Shown here: piece by piece, positions 29,955 through 40,636 of the stretch | Numbering within the stretch: the first letter of the stretch is position 1 | Layout: every line of letters begins with the position of its first letter | Assembly: GCA_051546255.1 (NCBI GenBank) | Contig: CP128815.1 | Span: 806,001 to 870,000 of the forward strand | DNA from: Meyerozyma guilliermondii | Lineage: Eukaryota | Direction of reading: 5' to 3' | Length of the DNA stretch: 64,000 nucleotides | Notes under the pieces: model-generated | Seen by the model: the letters and a program-made list of their open reading frames with translations, nothing else | What the model was told of the DNA's origin: nothing | The model's database searches: none | Translations under genes and position numbers: made by a program

Positions 29955-30851
29955 TCAAGAAATAAAACGCATAGTAACCTCAAAGGCTGCGAAGGTGGCA
30001 CCATTAGCTGGTGCAGCTCTCAAGATTGTTGGAATGAACCCTCTATAAAACCCTTTAATTCCGCTTCGTTGATTAATGTCTTTTACGACTTGAGTCCAGC
30101 TTTTGTAGGCAGGTTTTTCTAACGAGTCAGTTTGCAACTTTGATTTTATCACATCAACTGGGTAGATTCCGATCCACAAAGTGTAGCCTGAAAGTCCACC
30201 AAAGAGACATAACTTCCAGGCAGGAATATCTGCCCTCGCTATATTCTTTTGCACCTTTAGTTCTCGACCGATAAGAGCTTCATATGTTGCAAAGTAGATT
30301 CCCAAACCAAGAGACTCTCTGACCAATGTAGGGGTTAAACCTTTGAAAAGTCCAGCAATTCCATTGTTCTTATACAATTTTTTGGCGCAATCTATGGGAC
30401 CAGCAAATGCCTTGGTAGCACCGGTTTGGGTTTGGAGTCTGATACGAATATGCTCAATTGGCGAAGCAAGAAACCCGTTAGCGAAACCAGCAACGGCACC
30501 ACAACTGAAAAATTGTGGAATACTTAATGGTTGACCATGATGGATTCCATCATAGTATCTCTTCATCGATTCATTGACTGAAAATTGAACGGAAACACAA
30601 GCTCCGACTCCAATTAAAGGAGTCAAGGTTCCTTTATAGAACCCTTTTGGTCCTTCATTAGCGAGAAGTTTTTTAACAACGTCCAATGCTCCTGTGTATG
30701 TACCTTCTGGGGCAGATTGTAATCTGACTTTAACCGTATCGAACGGCTGACCCACCAAAACTTGAGCAATGCCTCCCACAGTTCCACCAAATAGGTCTTT
30801 GACGACCTGGATATTTTCGGCCAAAGGTGGCTCTTCCAACTCAATTGTCAT
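29955..30851 (-). CDS. YMC1: Mitochondrial carrier protein (Ymc1/Ymc2-like)
   Basis: Three PX[DE]XX[KR] motifs (PFDTVK, PIEHIR, PVDVIK). ATG at 30851. Confidence 0.8.
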   Translation of the reverse strand: MTIELEEPPLAENIQVVKDLFGGTVGGIAQVLVGQPFDTVKVRLQSAPEGTYTGALDVVKKLLANEGPKGFYKGTLTPLIGVGACVSVQFSVNESMKRYYDGIHHGQPLSIPQFFSCGAVAGFANGFLASPIEHIRIRLQTQTGATKAFAGPIDCAKKLYKNNGIAGLFKGLTPTLVRESLGLGIYFATYEALIGRELKVQKNIARADIPAWKLCLFGGLSGYTLWIGIYPVDVIKSKLQTDSLEKPAYKSWTQVVKDINQRSGIKGFYRGFIPTILRAAPANGATFAAFEVTMRFIS

Positions 30852-31001
30852 AAGTACACAGCAGTTATCTCGAGATTTTTTCCAGGTTATGACTCTGATC
30901 TCATCGATTCTGCATGCAGCGCCAAGGCGACCCAGAGTCAATCTAACTACATTAAATACTCAATCTCATTAGCTACATGTCAATTGTATGGTGTAGCTCA
31001 T

Positions 31002-33581
31002 TCATTTATCCCTGTCGCTATCTCGGCGCTCAGACTCCATCTGTTCATTTTCTCGTCTCGTGGCCATAATCAAACCATCAAACGGATTCATCCCGATTCG
31101 TGCGTAGTACAGTCCAGACGAGTTGGCAGGTGCTGTCATGCTTGCACCCCCGGTAATGGCACCAGGACTAGCCAATGGACTGCTCGTGGTGACCTCATGG
31201 TTAGCAGCTGGAGGAATCATCGACTGGGATGCCGTGCCTAAAGTTGCACCTATGGCTCGAGTTGAAGCTGCATTTTGGCCCGCTTGCACCAAATTCACTT
31301 GCGAGAGAGAGTGGCCTGTCAGAGAAGGATGTGCTGTTAATGGAGTGAAGATGTTGGAGACACTGGGCATTGACTGTAAAGGAGGATGAGAAGACGACAG
31401 GACGTTCCCTTCTTGTGACATCAACTTGTATGATGACGCTTCGAGAAGAACTGTCACATCCTTGGTAGCCTTTGTAAGCGTAGCCATTGAGCTCCTTATG
31501 TCGTTGAGGATTGGCATTTCTCTCATGATTCCTTTAACCGAGGAAAATGTTTGTATAATCATTTTCAAGAATAAATTGATATCGTCCCAAAAGAGCTTTT
31601 TTGTCGTTTGCGACGGATTGTTTCTGATGGTTATCAACTTTGTCTTGAGCTTCTTGGTAATGTCCATCGATGCAACGCAGACATTGGTCAAGTCCTTCAC
31701 CTTCGCTGTCAATGTCGGGTTGAAACCCACACCACTGGGATTCTGTGCACTTGCGATGGCACTCTTACTCATCGCCCGAGTAAGTTCTCCAAACACCGTT
31801 TGAGCATTGGCGGTAGCATGTTCTATAGAGTTGTATAATTGTCCGTCAACCTCATCGAGCTCGTTAGCAAGGGTAGTGTTAATTGTTAATTGCTTTGGTC
31901 TTGTTTCGGTAGAAGCAGCAATTTTGGGTGATGATGGGACTAAGCGGTATGCATTCAAAAGCTCATTGAAGGACCCAAACAAAGTTAGGTAGAGCATTCG
32001 AACAAAACAAACATCGATCTTGGCAACAAAGAGCGGGAAGTTATCACTAAGAAGTGACATCATAGCTTTAATGGAAGAAATTGAAGACCGCAACGATCGC
32101 ACAATCAGCTCGTTACTATTTCCTGTTTCTTCCACGGTTTCCAAGTCCTCCACCAAAGTGTCAATGTTGGCTTTTGCGGTGAACAAGTGTGTTACCATTT
32201 TCATCGTTACCTTCTTGTCCACGCAAAAACCAGTAAACCGCCTCACCGAAGAGTGAAGTTCTGAAAACGAAAAGAGAACTTTTCTGGAAACTTTTATCAT
32301 TGCCGAAACGTTATACGTTGGCATTTCTGTCTTGAAATCTTTTCTCGCCAGTGACGTATCGATTTTGGGGATGCTGCTTTGTTCATTAGTTTCGTTGACA
32401 GCTTCTGCTTTCTTCTGTGGGTCGGTGGACTCTCTATATGTTCTCGAGGGACCACTCAAAGACGCAGAATGGAAATTTTTTAATGCCAATTCGTCAGCTG
32501 GGAGCTCCTGTAACGTCGAAAGGCGTCTAAAATAAGCCCCAGACTTATGCTCTGTATCAACCGTTTCATTTTTCTCGAGAATTATGTCTATCTCCTTCAA
32601 AGTATTCGATCTAGACCTACCTCTTGACCCAGGACGGGGCGTTGTAGATGGTGATGAGGTTGAAGAAACCGAAGTTTTGGGCATTGCTGTCGTTGCAGTG
32701 GTCGTAGCTGGCACGGGTGAAGTCTTCAGCGGGAAAGAATCGGCAGTTGGAAATGGTAAACTTAAAGATGAGAGGTCCGAATCAAACAGGGTATCAGTAG
32801 TTTCATTTGAATGTTCACGATCTTCAGGCCCAGCGTCTGGTTTTCGTATTATTAGACCCATTCTTCTTGCTGCCTTGGATGCTTTTGTCCTGGTTTCGGA
32901 TATGCTTTTGGATCGGCTAATGGCAGGGGGTGCATTTTGCAAGATGGGCTTGGGTTCCACTTCCTTTAATTTTGCTTCTAGCATAGCAGCGTTGGCTACG
33001 AGATAACTTTTGAGTTCCAGAACCCACTCAAGGTCGGTGGAGTGCTTTTGGTACACCCGGATCACATCCATGGGTGGATACTGGAGGGGATTATCAGCCA
33101 CCTCGATAAGGTGCAAGAGGGGTAATTCGCCAAGTGCTGGCGGTAATACCGTGAGGTTGTTTTCCTTGAGTGAAAGCACTCGAAGAGATGTCAATTTCAA
33201 CAACTCTTGCTTGGGAAGGTAGGAAATTCGATTTTTCGAAAGATCAAGAATTTCCAACCCAGTGGCTCTGGTAACAGATCGAGGGAGATCCGCAAGTTTG
33301 TTGTTCTGAAGATCCAAATATTTGATGTTATTGGCAATGATAGCAAAGTTTAGGGGCAAACTCTCGAGATTATTGCCCTGTAACGATAGTCGTTCGAGTT
33401 CTAATGGCGGTTGGAATGAGTAAAGAAATTCGTGTACACATTCAATCACCTCGGACATGGATAATTTTGGGTGAGATAACGCAAGTTGATTGAGCTTGAG
33501 TGTGCGCCGCTGCTTTACCTGGTCCTTCTGCTCAGTTAAGAGCTGAAGCATCAGCATTTTGGCTGAGAGGTATTCAGACAT
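31002..33581 (-). CDS. SOG2: RAM-network leucine-rich-repeat protein
   Basis: N-terminal LRRs (ERLSLQGNNL...LEILDLSKNRI), YFRRLSTLQE and the SOG2 helical domain. Confidence 0.85.
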   Translation of the reverse strand: MSEYLSAKMLMLQLLTEQKDQVKQRRTLKLNQLALSHPKLSMSEVIECVHEFLYSFQPPLELERLSLQGNNLESLPLNFAIIANNIKYLDLQNNKLADLPRSVTRATGLEILDLSKNRISYLPKQELLKLTSLRVLSLKENNLTVLPPALGELPLLHLIEVADNPLQYPPMDVIRVYQKHSTDLEWVLELKSYLVANAAMLEAKLKEVEPKPILQNAPPAISRSKSISETRTKASKAARRMGLIIRKPDAGPEDREHSNETTDTLFDSDLSSLSLPFPTADSFPLKTSPVPATTTATTAMPKTSVSSTSSPSTTPRPGSRGRSRSNTLKEIDIILEKNETVDTEHKSGAYFRRLSTLQELPADELALKNFHSASLSGPSRTYRESTDPQKKAEAVNETNEQSSIPKIDTSLARKDFKTEMPTYNVSAMIKVSRKVLFSFSELHSSVRRFTGFCVDKKVTMKMVTHLFTAKANIDTLVEDLETVEETGNSNELIVRSLRSSISSIKAMMSLLSDNFPLFVAKIDVCFVRMLYLTLFGSFNELLNAYRLVPSSPKIAASTETRPKQLTINTTLANELDEVDGQLYNSIEHATANAQTVFGELTRAMSKSAIASAQNPSGVGFNPTLTAKVKDLTNVCVASMDITKKLKTKLITIRNNPSQTTKKLFWDDINLFLKMIIQTFSSVKGIMREMPILNDIRSSMATLTKATKDVTVLLEASSYKLMSQEGNVLSSSHPPLQSMPSVSNIFTPLTAHPSLTGHSLSQVNLVQAGQNAASTRAIGATLGTASQSMIPPAANHEVTTSSPLASPGAITGGASMTAPANSSGLYYARIGMNPFDGLIMATRRENEQMESERRDSDRDK

Positions 33582-33684
33582 TTGGCACTAAAGCTGAAAG
33601 GCGGAAAAATCGTATATTTTTCGCGCGGCCCCCAGGCTAAACAGGAGGTTGCAGGAGTCGTTACATCGTCATAGTATATATCAT

Positions 33685-34437
33685 CTACACAGCAACCCCT
33701 CTTTTTTTGGCATCACCTCTCTCCTGCCAAACGGTTTTTCCAGAACAGCTGCATACTTGTTTGTCGTTTTCCCAAACACCAGCACTTCTAGCAATCACCC
33801 CACAAATCGAATCTGAAGCGATGGAATCTTTGACGCGAGACAAGATTATACTGCGCCCAATAAGCTCTGAAACGTTGAGTTTGGCGTGAAGAAAACTCTG
33901 ACCGGCAAAAGAATCGCTTATCGGTTCTTGGTGGGCTCCTTCGCTCATTATCACAGTTTCTACAGACAGAGGTTCTGTCACCAGAATCAGGCCCAAATCA
34001 TAAAATAATTTACCAGTCGATAAGGCACCTTGAGACAAGTTGCCTGAGGCTCTAATTGAAGGATAATACGTTCCCGCGGGAAGTCCATTGACGGTCAAAT
34101 CAACGACGGCATCGTTGTCTCCAATGCTGACAATTCGTGCCAATCCCTTCACTGGGTTTGCAATGTCCTTTTTATCGAACGATTCGAGAATACAAACCGC
34201 TGCCGAGTTGGGCTTACCGGTTCCACGTATTATGGCATCTTTTCCCGTAGCCTGAATCGACCTTACAATCTGCGACGGTGCCACGGAACCGGTGGTTGTC
34301 ACGAGATTATTTTGTAAGTCCACATTGAACTTGGTGATTTCCGAAATCGAAGCAAGTGCCTTGGACACGCTGTCTACACAGGCCTGGCACTCCAAGGGCA
34401 CTGCAAACAGCATTTCAAATTCATTACTGACTGTCAT
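33685..34437 (-). CDS. CCS1: Copper chaperone for SOD1
   Basis: HMA domain (CQAC), SOD-like domain, C-terminal IARSAGVWENDKQVCSCSGKTVW. Confidence 0.93.
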   Translation of the reverse strand: MTVSNEFEMLFAVPLECQACVDSVSKALASISEITKFNVDLQNNLVTTTGSVAPSQIVRSIQATGKDAIIRGTGKPNSAAVCILESFDKKDIANPVKGLARIVSIGDNDAVVDLTVNGLPAGTYYPSIRASGNLSQGALSTGKLFYDLGLILVTEPLSVETVIMSEGAHQEPISDSFAGQSFLHAKLNVSELIGRSIILSRVKDSIASDSICGVIARSAGVWENDKQVCSCSGKTVWQERGDAKKRGVAV

Positions 34438-34579
34438 TAGTAATAGTTGTGCGGTAGCGCTGCCATTTGATTGTGATTCGCACCCATAACACCGCCCATA
34501 GAAGCTGCAGGAAAAATACCCATAATTTGCAGCCGTTACAAAAGTTCATTTATATCGTTCTTTAACTATATCTATGGGC

Positions 34580-36871
34580 TTAGATCTTGAGACTGCTCAT
34601 TCTACGACGAGCAGCATCATTTTTAGTACAAACCCAGGTGGATGCGTACATATTGACACGATCGATCGATTGACCTCTGGTTCTTACTGCTGCAGCCTCA
34701 CATGAAAATCCCATTTTTTTGAAGGTTTCAATGTACCATGGCTTAGTAGAGGCAGATCTAAGCATAACACGTGCTCCATCGGCAAGACAGTTGCTCAATG
34801 CCGCGATTTCGTTTTCGGCATCGGTACCTTCCGGGTCAAACCAATCCATATGGTCCATGATAATGGCAATGGAAATGGACTTTTTGCTCAATCTGGAGAA
34901 TGCATCTTGAAGGGTATCGGTGTGTAATCTAATAGTGTCGAGAGGAACTTCTCCTGTCTTTTCGTTGCGTGCTTGGTATCTGTTATAAGCCTTTTCTGTC
35001 AAATAATCAGGGCAGTTGTCCTTGGCATACTTTCCCATCAAGGTCAAGTAGTAAAAGTAATTGTCTTGAGAGATCAACGACCGCTTGATTAATGGCTCTA
35101 AGGTGTCAATAACGTATCTCAATACCGAATTTCCCATCATCTTAGCCTGACTAGCAGGTACACCAAGTGCCTTCCACAAGAAAATTGGATTTCCAACCAT
35201 AAGAGTTGCAACGAAAGGATTGAATAAACTTGGTTTGATATGGTCCTCCCATACCTTCATCTGTTCCTCCATTGTCTTGCACTCGCATAACTTTGTGACT
35301 TGGTCTTTAACACCGAAAAATTTGAAGATGTAACGAGCCAATCTCAATGCCCATCTGGTGGAACCGGTATCGTACAAGCCTCTTCCATTGACGTCGAAAG
35401 TATCTCTTCCTCTCTCAGCCCAGTACTGGAAAGCATTAGAAGAGATATGTGGTGCTAACTTGGAATAGAGGATTTCATCAAAATTCTTGATCTTACCTTC
35501 TCCAAACATAGCCCACACCTGCTTTCTTGATAATGTTCTCAAGGCGGCCAACTTCAACTCAAGCAAATGGTTTTGACAAGGGTTCAAGTCGACAGCATGA
35601 ATTCTCTTTGGAGGGTTAGGGAGCGAGGCATATGACAAAATGTTGTCTCCCGCAGAAGTAATGGCCAACACTGTATCCTTGGAAGTAAAGTTCAAGATTT
35701 TGTGGTCTTCTCTTGGGTCCTCCCACGTGAAAGCGTATATGTACTGGTCCTTGAATTGGTGATATTGTGGGTTGATTTCATCAAAGTACACTCTCCATGC
35801 TTCCTTTTGGTAGTAGATGGAAGGGTAGGGGATGTTTTTTTGAAAGTTCAGAAGAGCAGCCTCATGTCCCTTACTCATGGGGCCTTCATCCACGACTAAC
35901 TCAACAGCGCTGTTTTTGGTTGGGGCAAGGTATGGTGACTCAGTAGCCAAACAGTTGATTCTATGAAGTAAATCAGTGGCTTTATTCTTGTCGCATCCAA
36001 TCCACAAGTAATATGGAATACGTCCCAATTTGTTGTTATAAGCGTTCATCGACTTGACAGTACCAAACTTGTACTCGAGATAGCTTCGGCGAGCGGGTTC
36101 AAGGTACACCTTATCAGCCTCGAACCAGATTCTCCAGAAGTTTCTTAACACCCAAGGAATGTTTCTATTCAAAAGACCTCCAAGAGTATTAATACGTCCA
36201 ATTGAGGTTTCACTCGATTGTACTCCGAAATCCACACATGAGACGATTCCATTTGCATCAAGCATAGGAAGTACATGGTCAATGGCAGCATGGAAATTTG
36301 GAATCATTGAAAGCGAATAGGAAAATGTGATCAAGTTTGCGCTTTCTTCAGGAATAGAGAAATCGCATGCATCGGCAACAAGGACGTGAACATTGGTCCA
36401 AGATTTGGCTGCAAATCTGGCTCTTGCAACTTCGCACAACGATGGAGACAAGTCAACCAAATAAACCGCTTTGAAGTTTTTGGCAATGGAGCTGACTTCG
36501 TCCATGTATTCAATGTTGGCACCAGTGCCTCCACCAACGTCAATCCACACGAGATCAGACTTTTTCTGCAAGTGTGCAATTGACAATTTCAAGCATTCTT
36601 TGCGACCTTTCAAAAGAATTGTTCTCGTTTTATCATAAACGTGAGCTTGGGTTTTGTAAAACGTTTCTAAAGCCTGTTGTTGCTCGGTTGAGTTACGCTT
36701 TTTGGCCTTGGATGCCATGGGTTTAACAAAACAAGCCCAGGCAAATACCAACAATGATCGAATATGATCACTGGTCTTTATCAGATAACCAAGAGCACAT
36801 ACCACAGATATGGCAGTTACCAAATATACCTTGGTCAGATCCAAGGGATTTTCAAGATTCAATTCCAACAT
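34580..36871 (-). CDS. BTA1: Bifunctional betaine-lipid (DGTS) synthase: BtaB-like methyltransferase fused to BtaA-like DUF3419
   Basis: N-terminal TM helix, WIDVGGGTG SAM motif, FSYSLSMIP, YIYAFTWEDP, AITSAGDN, VDLNP.QNHLLELK, MDHMDWF, DRVNMYAS. Confidence 0.88.
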   Translation of the reverse strand: MLELNLENPLDLTKVYLVTAISVVCALGYLIKTSDHIRSLLVFAWACFVKPMASKAKKRNSTEQQQALETFYKTQAHVYDKTRTILLKGRKECLKLSIAHLQKKSDLVWIDVGGGTGANIEYMDEVSSIAKNFKAVYLVDLSPSLCEVARARFAAKSWTNVHVLVADACDFSIPEESANLITFSYSLSMIPNFHAAIDHVLPMLDANGIVSCVDFGVQSSETSIGRINTLGGLLNRNIPWVLRNFWRIWFEADKVYLEPARRSYLEYKFGTVKSMNAYNNKLGRIPYYLWIGCDKNKATDLLHRINCLATESPYLAPTKNSAVELVVDEGPMSKGHEAALLNFQKNIPYPSIYYQKEAWRVYFDEINPQYHQFKDQYIYAFTWEDPREDHKILNFTSKDTVLAITSAGDNILSYASLPNPPKRIHAVDLNPCQNHLLELKLAALRTLSRKQVWAMFGEGKIKNFDEILYSKLAPHISSNAFQYWAERGRDTFDVNGRGLYDTGSTRWALRLARYIFKFFGVKDQVTKLCECKTMEEQMKVWEDHIKPSLFNPFVATLMVGNPIFLWKALGVPASQAKMMGNSVLRYVIDTLEPLIKRSLISQDNYFYYLTLMGKYAKDNCPDYLTEKAYNRYQARNEKTGEVPLDTIRLHTDTLQDAFSRLSKKSISIAIIMDHMDWFDPEGTDAENEIAALSNCLADGARVMLRSASTKPWYIETFKKMGFSCEAAAVRTRGQSIDRVNMYASTWVCTKNDAARRRMSSLKI

Positions 36872-36970
36872 AAAGTTTATTTACTAATTCTACATTCTCC
36901 ACGTCTCTTATATGTGCCAGGTTAACCTGTGCCAGTGCATACAGGCCCTCCGCGGCCACATGGCTGCAAC

Positions 36971-37053
36971 AACGTGGGGGCATGCGCGCAACGTGTGGGC
37001 ATGGCTTAAACCTATCAATACCCAACGCGGAGCATGCTATGGTTGAAAACGTG
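36971..37053 (-). promoter_or_regulatory. Cluster of three CACGTT (Pho4-type) sites upstream of BTA1
   Basis: AACGTG on the plus strand at 36971, 36990 and 37048. Confidence 0.6.
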
Positions 37054-37173
37054 TTGGCTCACGCGGGACGTAGCCTGTGATAGCGGTATTGCATCCGTTA
37101 ACGGCAAAAGTCCACATAATTATGCGGGACCATATAAAATCACCGTTATGTAATCTGCCCCATCAAACCTAAT

Positions 37174-37977
37174 CTACTTGTATTTTGCAACCACCGCTTC
37201 ATCTTCATCTTCGAGCCTTCGAAGCAAGTAGTCCACTTCCACTTTCTTGGTGAGTGGAATAACGTGGTCTTTGTATAATTGAGCTATGACTTCAGGTCTC
37301 ACTTTGGATTGAGGGTTTTGAGAGTACATCAATGTTGGATCAGTGCCGTAACTTTGACCTTTTTTCTGAAGACGTTCCAAAATCTTTTCTTCTACGGCAG
37401 AGTTGGTGATTGAGTCTTCAATCCCCTTGACATCTTTTGCCAAAATCAACTTGATATACTTGGGTTTGTCCGATTGGTACTTGGCTTCAGCGACAAATTT
37501 TCCAAAATGGATCCGACGAGAAAGTGATTGAAGGCAGTCAATATCGCATACAGAAACCGATCCGATGTTTTCTTCCTGCTCTCCGATCTCACACGCCACC
37601 TGGGGCACAATGTTTTCCACGTAAAAGTTCAAAACCGTCTGGTTGTGGTTGACCTCTTTATGATAAGATGCAAGTATGTTTGGGTAATTTATGGGAGGTA
37701 AAAACGATTCCAAAAGAACCTCGGGGAAAAAAGGAATCTCGTCTGGTGCCTCGTATCTACGGATCTGCGAGTGGGTTCTCTCCATCTGTTGCAAAGACCA
37801 ATCTAAAAATGAACCATCGAAATTGGGGATGGGAAATTTGTTTTTGATGTATACGGAAGGAGAAGAGTAGAATTGCGACCTTTCAATCAAGAAAAAGACA
37901 ATTGTGTCCTCCATACGGATGAGTGCCTGGCGAATGTTGCCGAGATCAAGAACAGTTTCTGGTTTAGTGAAGTCCAT
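37174..37977 (-). CDS. ARO7: Chorismate mutase
   Basis: MDFTKPETVLDL.NIR..L.RMED, LQSLSRRIHFGKFVAEAK, PLTKKVEVDYLLRRL. ATG at 37977. Confidence 0.95.
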   Translation of the reverse strand: MDFTKPETVLDLGNIRQALIRMEDTIVFFLIERSQFYSSPSVYIKNKFPIPNFDGSFLDWSLQQMERTHSQIRRYEAPDEIPFFPEVLLESFLPPINYPNILASYHKEVNHNQTVLNFYVENIVPQVACEIGEQEENIGSVSVCDIDCLQSLSRRIHFGKFVAEAKYQSDKPKYIKLILAKDVKGIEDSITNSAVEEKILERLQKKGQSYGTDPTLMYSQNPQSKVRPEVIAQLYKDHVIPLTKKVEVDYLLRRLEDEDEAVVAKYK

Positions 37978-38074
37978 GATTAGTGTCGGTTGTGAAAAAC
38001 TTGAGACTTTAGTCCCGGAGCGGGTGTTGATGCAGTACCTATGTGTATTGTGACCAAAATTGTATATATGCTGT

Positions 38075-38980
38075 TCATAACTTTCCTGCCCCTTCAAGAG
38101 AGGCAAGCCGTTGCTGGGCGTACTTGCGTACTATTTCCTGGTCGTTTTCTCGTAATTCATCGAGGGTTTGTTCGTCGGTGCGGTCCGCCAAAGATGCTCT
38201 TCTCGAGGTAAGGAACCGTCGGAGCCGCAGAATCGGCGTCGTTCCCTGTCCATAGTTGTCTAACGACTGGCTCAATGCCGTGCCTGACGTAAAATTTCTC
38301 ATCTCTGCTCGACGCCGAAATTGTGCTGCGTTTTCTAGAGCCGTCATGACCTGAAGAGTCACCACTATCGCAGCCACCGCAAGAACTCCCACGAGAATCT
38401 TGTACTTGTTCTTGTTAAACTCTTCCTCAGTAGGAGCCTCTCGATTGTAACGCATGCGGTAGTAGTCTTCCCAAGTTCCCGCTTTCCAAAATTGCTCATC
38501 CTCTTTAAAATCGTACTTCTTTCTGTGAGCATTGGCCATCCTATAAGCTTCAAACGAAGAAGGGTTTGGATTTTTGCCGTAGTTTTCCCATGCTGTGCTT
38601 TGATATCGGTTATAAGCGACTCGTCTGCGAGGATCCTTCAACACATCGTAGGCATACTGGATCTCGTCATACCGTTGACGCTTAGCCTCTTCCGTCAATT
38701 GCTTTCCTTTGTCATCGGTCAACACCAAGTTTTTACTTACGTCCGGGTGGTATATTTTGACGTACTTTACGTAGCAGCTCTTGAGTATTTTGTTCAATTC
38801 CAACGTTGGTAAATTTTGTGCTGATGGGTCAAGATTGAAGATCTCGTGTGGGGTGGGTTTCTTGGATTTTGGCCACGGATGAAGATCATATTTCTTGTGG
38901 TACTCATCATGGGGTATGGCAGCCGTGGCGTACGTCCTCGCAGCCGTTTTGGAAAGCTGCTTGTAAAGACAACGTTCCAT
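38075..38980 (-). CDS. JID1: Mitochondrial J-domain protein
   Basis: WP...PTPHEIF, J domain with YHPD, FWKAGTWEDY and a TM helix. Adjacent to ARO7, as in S. cerevisiae. Probable ATG at 38980. Confidence 0.8.
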   Translation of the reverse strand: MERCLYKQLSKTAARTYATAAIPHDEYHKKYDLHPWPKSKKPTPHEIFNLDPSAQNLPTLELNKILKSCYVKYVKIYHPDVSKNLVLTDDKGKQLTEEAKRQRYDEIQYAYDVLKDPRRRVAYNRYQSTAWENYGKNPNPSSFEAYRMANAHRKKYDFKEDEQFWKAGTWEDYYRMRYNREAPTEEEFNKNKYKILVGVLAVAAIVVTLQVMTALENAAQFRRRAEMRNFTSGTALSQSLDNYGQGTTPILRLRRFLTSRRASLADRTDEQTLDELRENDQEIVRKYAQQRLASLEGAGKL

Positions 38981-39112
38981 AGGGAGGTACGATCGGGATC
39001 GGAACCATTTCGCACAATCGTATCGGAGTCTGCATATACTGTGTGGTCGCGGTGAGCGCCGCACTAATGGTTGCAATCTGGGGTATATTACATGCTACTT
39101 AATTATATGTTA

Positions 39113-40360
39113 TCACAATGCTGCCATCAACTTGGATGGTTGGTTTTCGTCTACGGGTCTTATTAAGTGCCCGAGTTTGTATACAGCCTTGAGGAAGCCC
39201 TGGTGGTCCAAAACCACCAAATCGGCATCGCAGCCTTTGTTGAGAAAGCCTTTCTCGTGTTGGACGCCGATGGATGTTGCTGGGTTGTTGGTGACGGTTT
39301 TCACGGCTTGAGCCAAAGGAATGTTTGCCCACGCCATCAAATTACGTACGCATTGAGGCAAAGTGGTAGCTGAGCCGGCCAAAGTCTTGGTACCTTTCAA
39401 GTACAAGTATGGGCCCTTTTTGACGATGGTTTGGTTGTCCCACTTGTATGTGTCATCGGGTAAGCCTATTAAGTGCATGGCATCGGTGACGAGTATACAC
39501 TTCTCGGGGTTGGATCTGAAGGCTATAACAGCCATGGAAGGATCGACGTGAACTCCATCACAAATGATACCAAAGTATGGAGTCTTTCCAACCACTGGAG
39601 AAGTGACAAGACCCACCACCCCAACATCTCGATGATGAGGTTGTGGCATGGCATTGTACAAATGAGTGATCATGGTGGCACCGTTATCAACAGCTTTCAC
39701 TGCGGTTTTGTAATCAGCGTTGGTGTGGCCCAACGAGAACACTATGTTTGACTCCACCACTTCAGGAATGGCTTGCAATACTCCTTCAATCTCAGGAGCA
39801 GCAGTCACAATGGCCACGTTCTCGGTAAAGTTCTCCACCCCGCCATAAATATCGAATAGCTTAGAAGGACCTTCCTTGGCATCGACAAATGTCTCAGTTG
39901 GATGGCATCCTTTTTTCTTCAAATTGATAAATGGTCCTTCACAATGAGCTCCAAGCGAGTCCACCTGATGTTGCAGCCTGCTGCGACGATAAAGCGGAAG
40001 CACGTTATTATAGACTTCCGGAAAGTTGGACGTGACAGTAGGACATGTGGAAGTAACACCCGTGGTCAAATACTTGGCCATGGCATCTCTATAAAAGTTT
40101 TGGAATTCCTTGACATCCTTTTTGGTTGCACCTTCTCTCAAATCCGAAAAATTGAGTCCATATATCCCGTTATTCTGAATGTCCAAGAATCCAGGTGCCA
40201 AAACGTTTCCACCAAGGTCCACCACTTCAATTTTCAGTCCGGTAGGAGGGGGTACTTGACCATAGATTGTGCCATTATCCTTATCTACGTACAAGTCCAC
40301 ATCATGGTACAACACGCCGTTGTCACATAAATGTCCATTGGTGAATCTGATAAAAGACAT
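39113..40360 (-). CDS. DAC1: N-acetylglucosamine-6-phosphate deacetylase
   Basis: APGFLDIQNNG, GAHCEGPF, GHT, THLYNAM, DGVH, LVTDAM, LAGS. ATG at 40360 (MSFIRFTN). Confidence 0.93.
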   Translation of the reverse strand: MSFIRFTNGHLCDNGVLYHDVDLYVDKDNGTIYGQVPPPTGLKIEVVDLGGNVLAPGFLDIQNNGIYGLNFSDLREGATKKDVKEFQNFYRDAMAKYLTTGVTSTCPTVTSNFPEVYNNVLPLYRRSRLQHQVDSLGAHCEGPFINLKKKGCHPTETFVDAKEGPSKLFDIYGGVENFTENVAIVTAAPEIEGVLQAIPEVVESNIVFSLGHTNADYKTAVKAVDNGATMITHLYNAMPQPHHRDVGVVGLVTSPVVGKTPYFGIICDGVHVDPSMAVIAFRSNPEKCILVTDAMHLIGLPDDTYKWDNQTIVKKGPYLYLKGTKTLAGSATTLPQCVRNLMAWANIPLAQAVKTVTNNPATSIGVQHEKGFLNKGCDADLVVLDHQGFLKAVYKLGHLIRPVDENQPSKLMAAL

Positions 40361-40636
40361 TTTATTCGTGTTGTTATGGTCTTGAATTTGTATCCATATA
40401 TAATCGGCTTGCAAGCTGGTGTCATCAATGTAACCACCGGTTGCATCGGGAGCGAGACTGCAGGTGACTCCGCAGCGCCGCACCAACATGCACAAAACGG
40501 CGCGTATGCAGGAGATTAGCCGTGTAACGTTACATGTGGGGCCGAAATACAATCATTCATTTGCCGGTTACAGTGATTGCAGTGAAAAATTAATTGCAAT
40601 ATAAACACTGCAGTTTTCAAATTCCTCAAATCACAA
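40361..40636. promoter_or_regulatory. Divergent DAC1/NAG1 promoter
   Basis: TATA-like elements at 40397-40402 and 40600-40605, repeated TGYAAC elements, CACAAAA at 40491. Confidence 0.7.

Noticed and set aside
34375..34400. CCS1 metal motif reads LECQAC instead of MxCxxC
   Set aside because: Both cysteines and the C-terminal CxC are intact, so this is likely ordinary variation.
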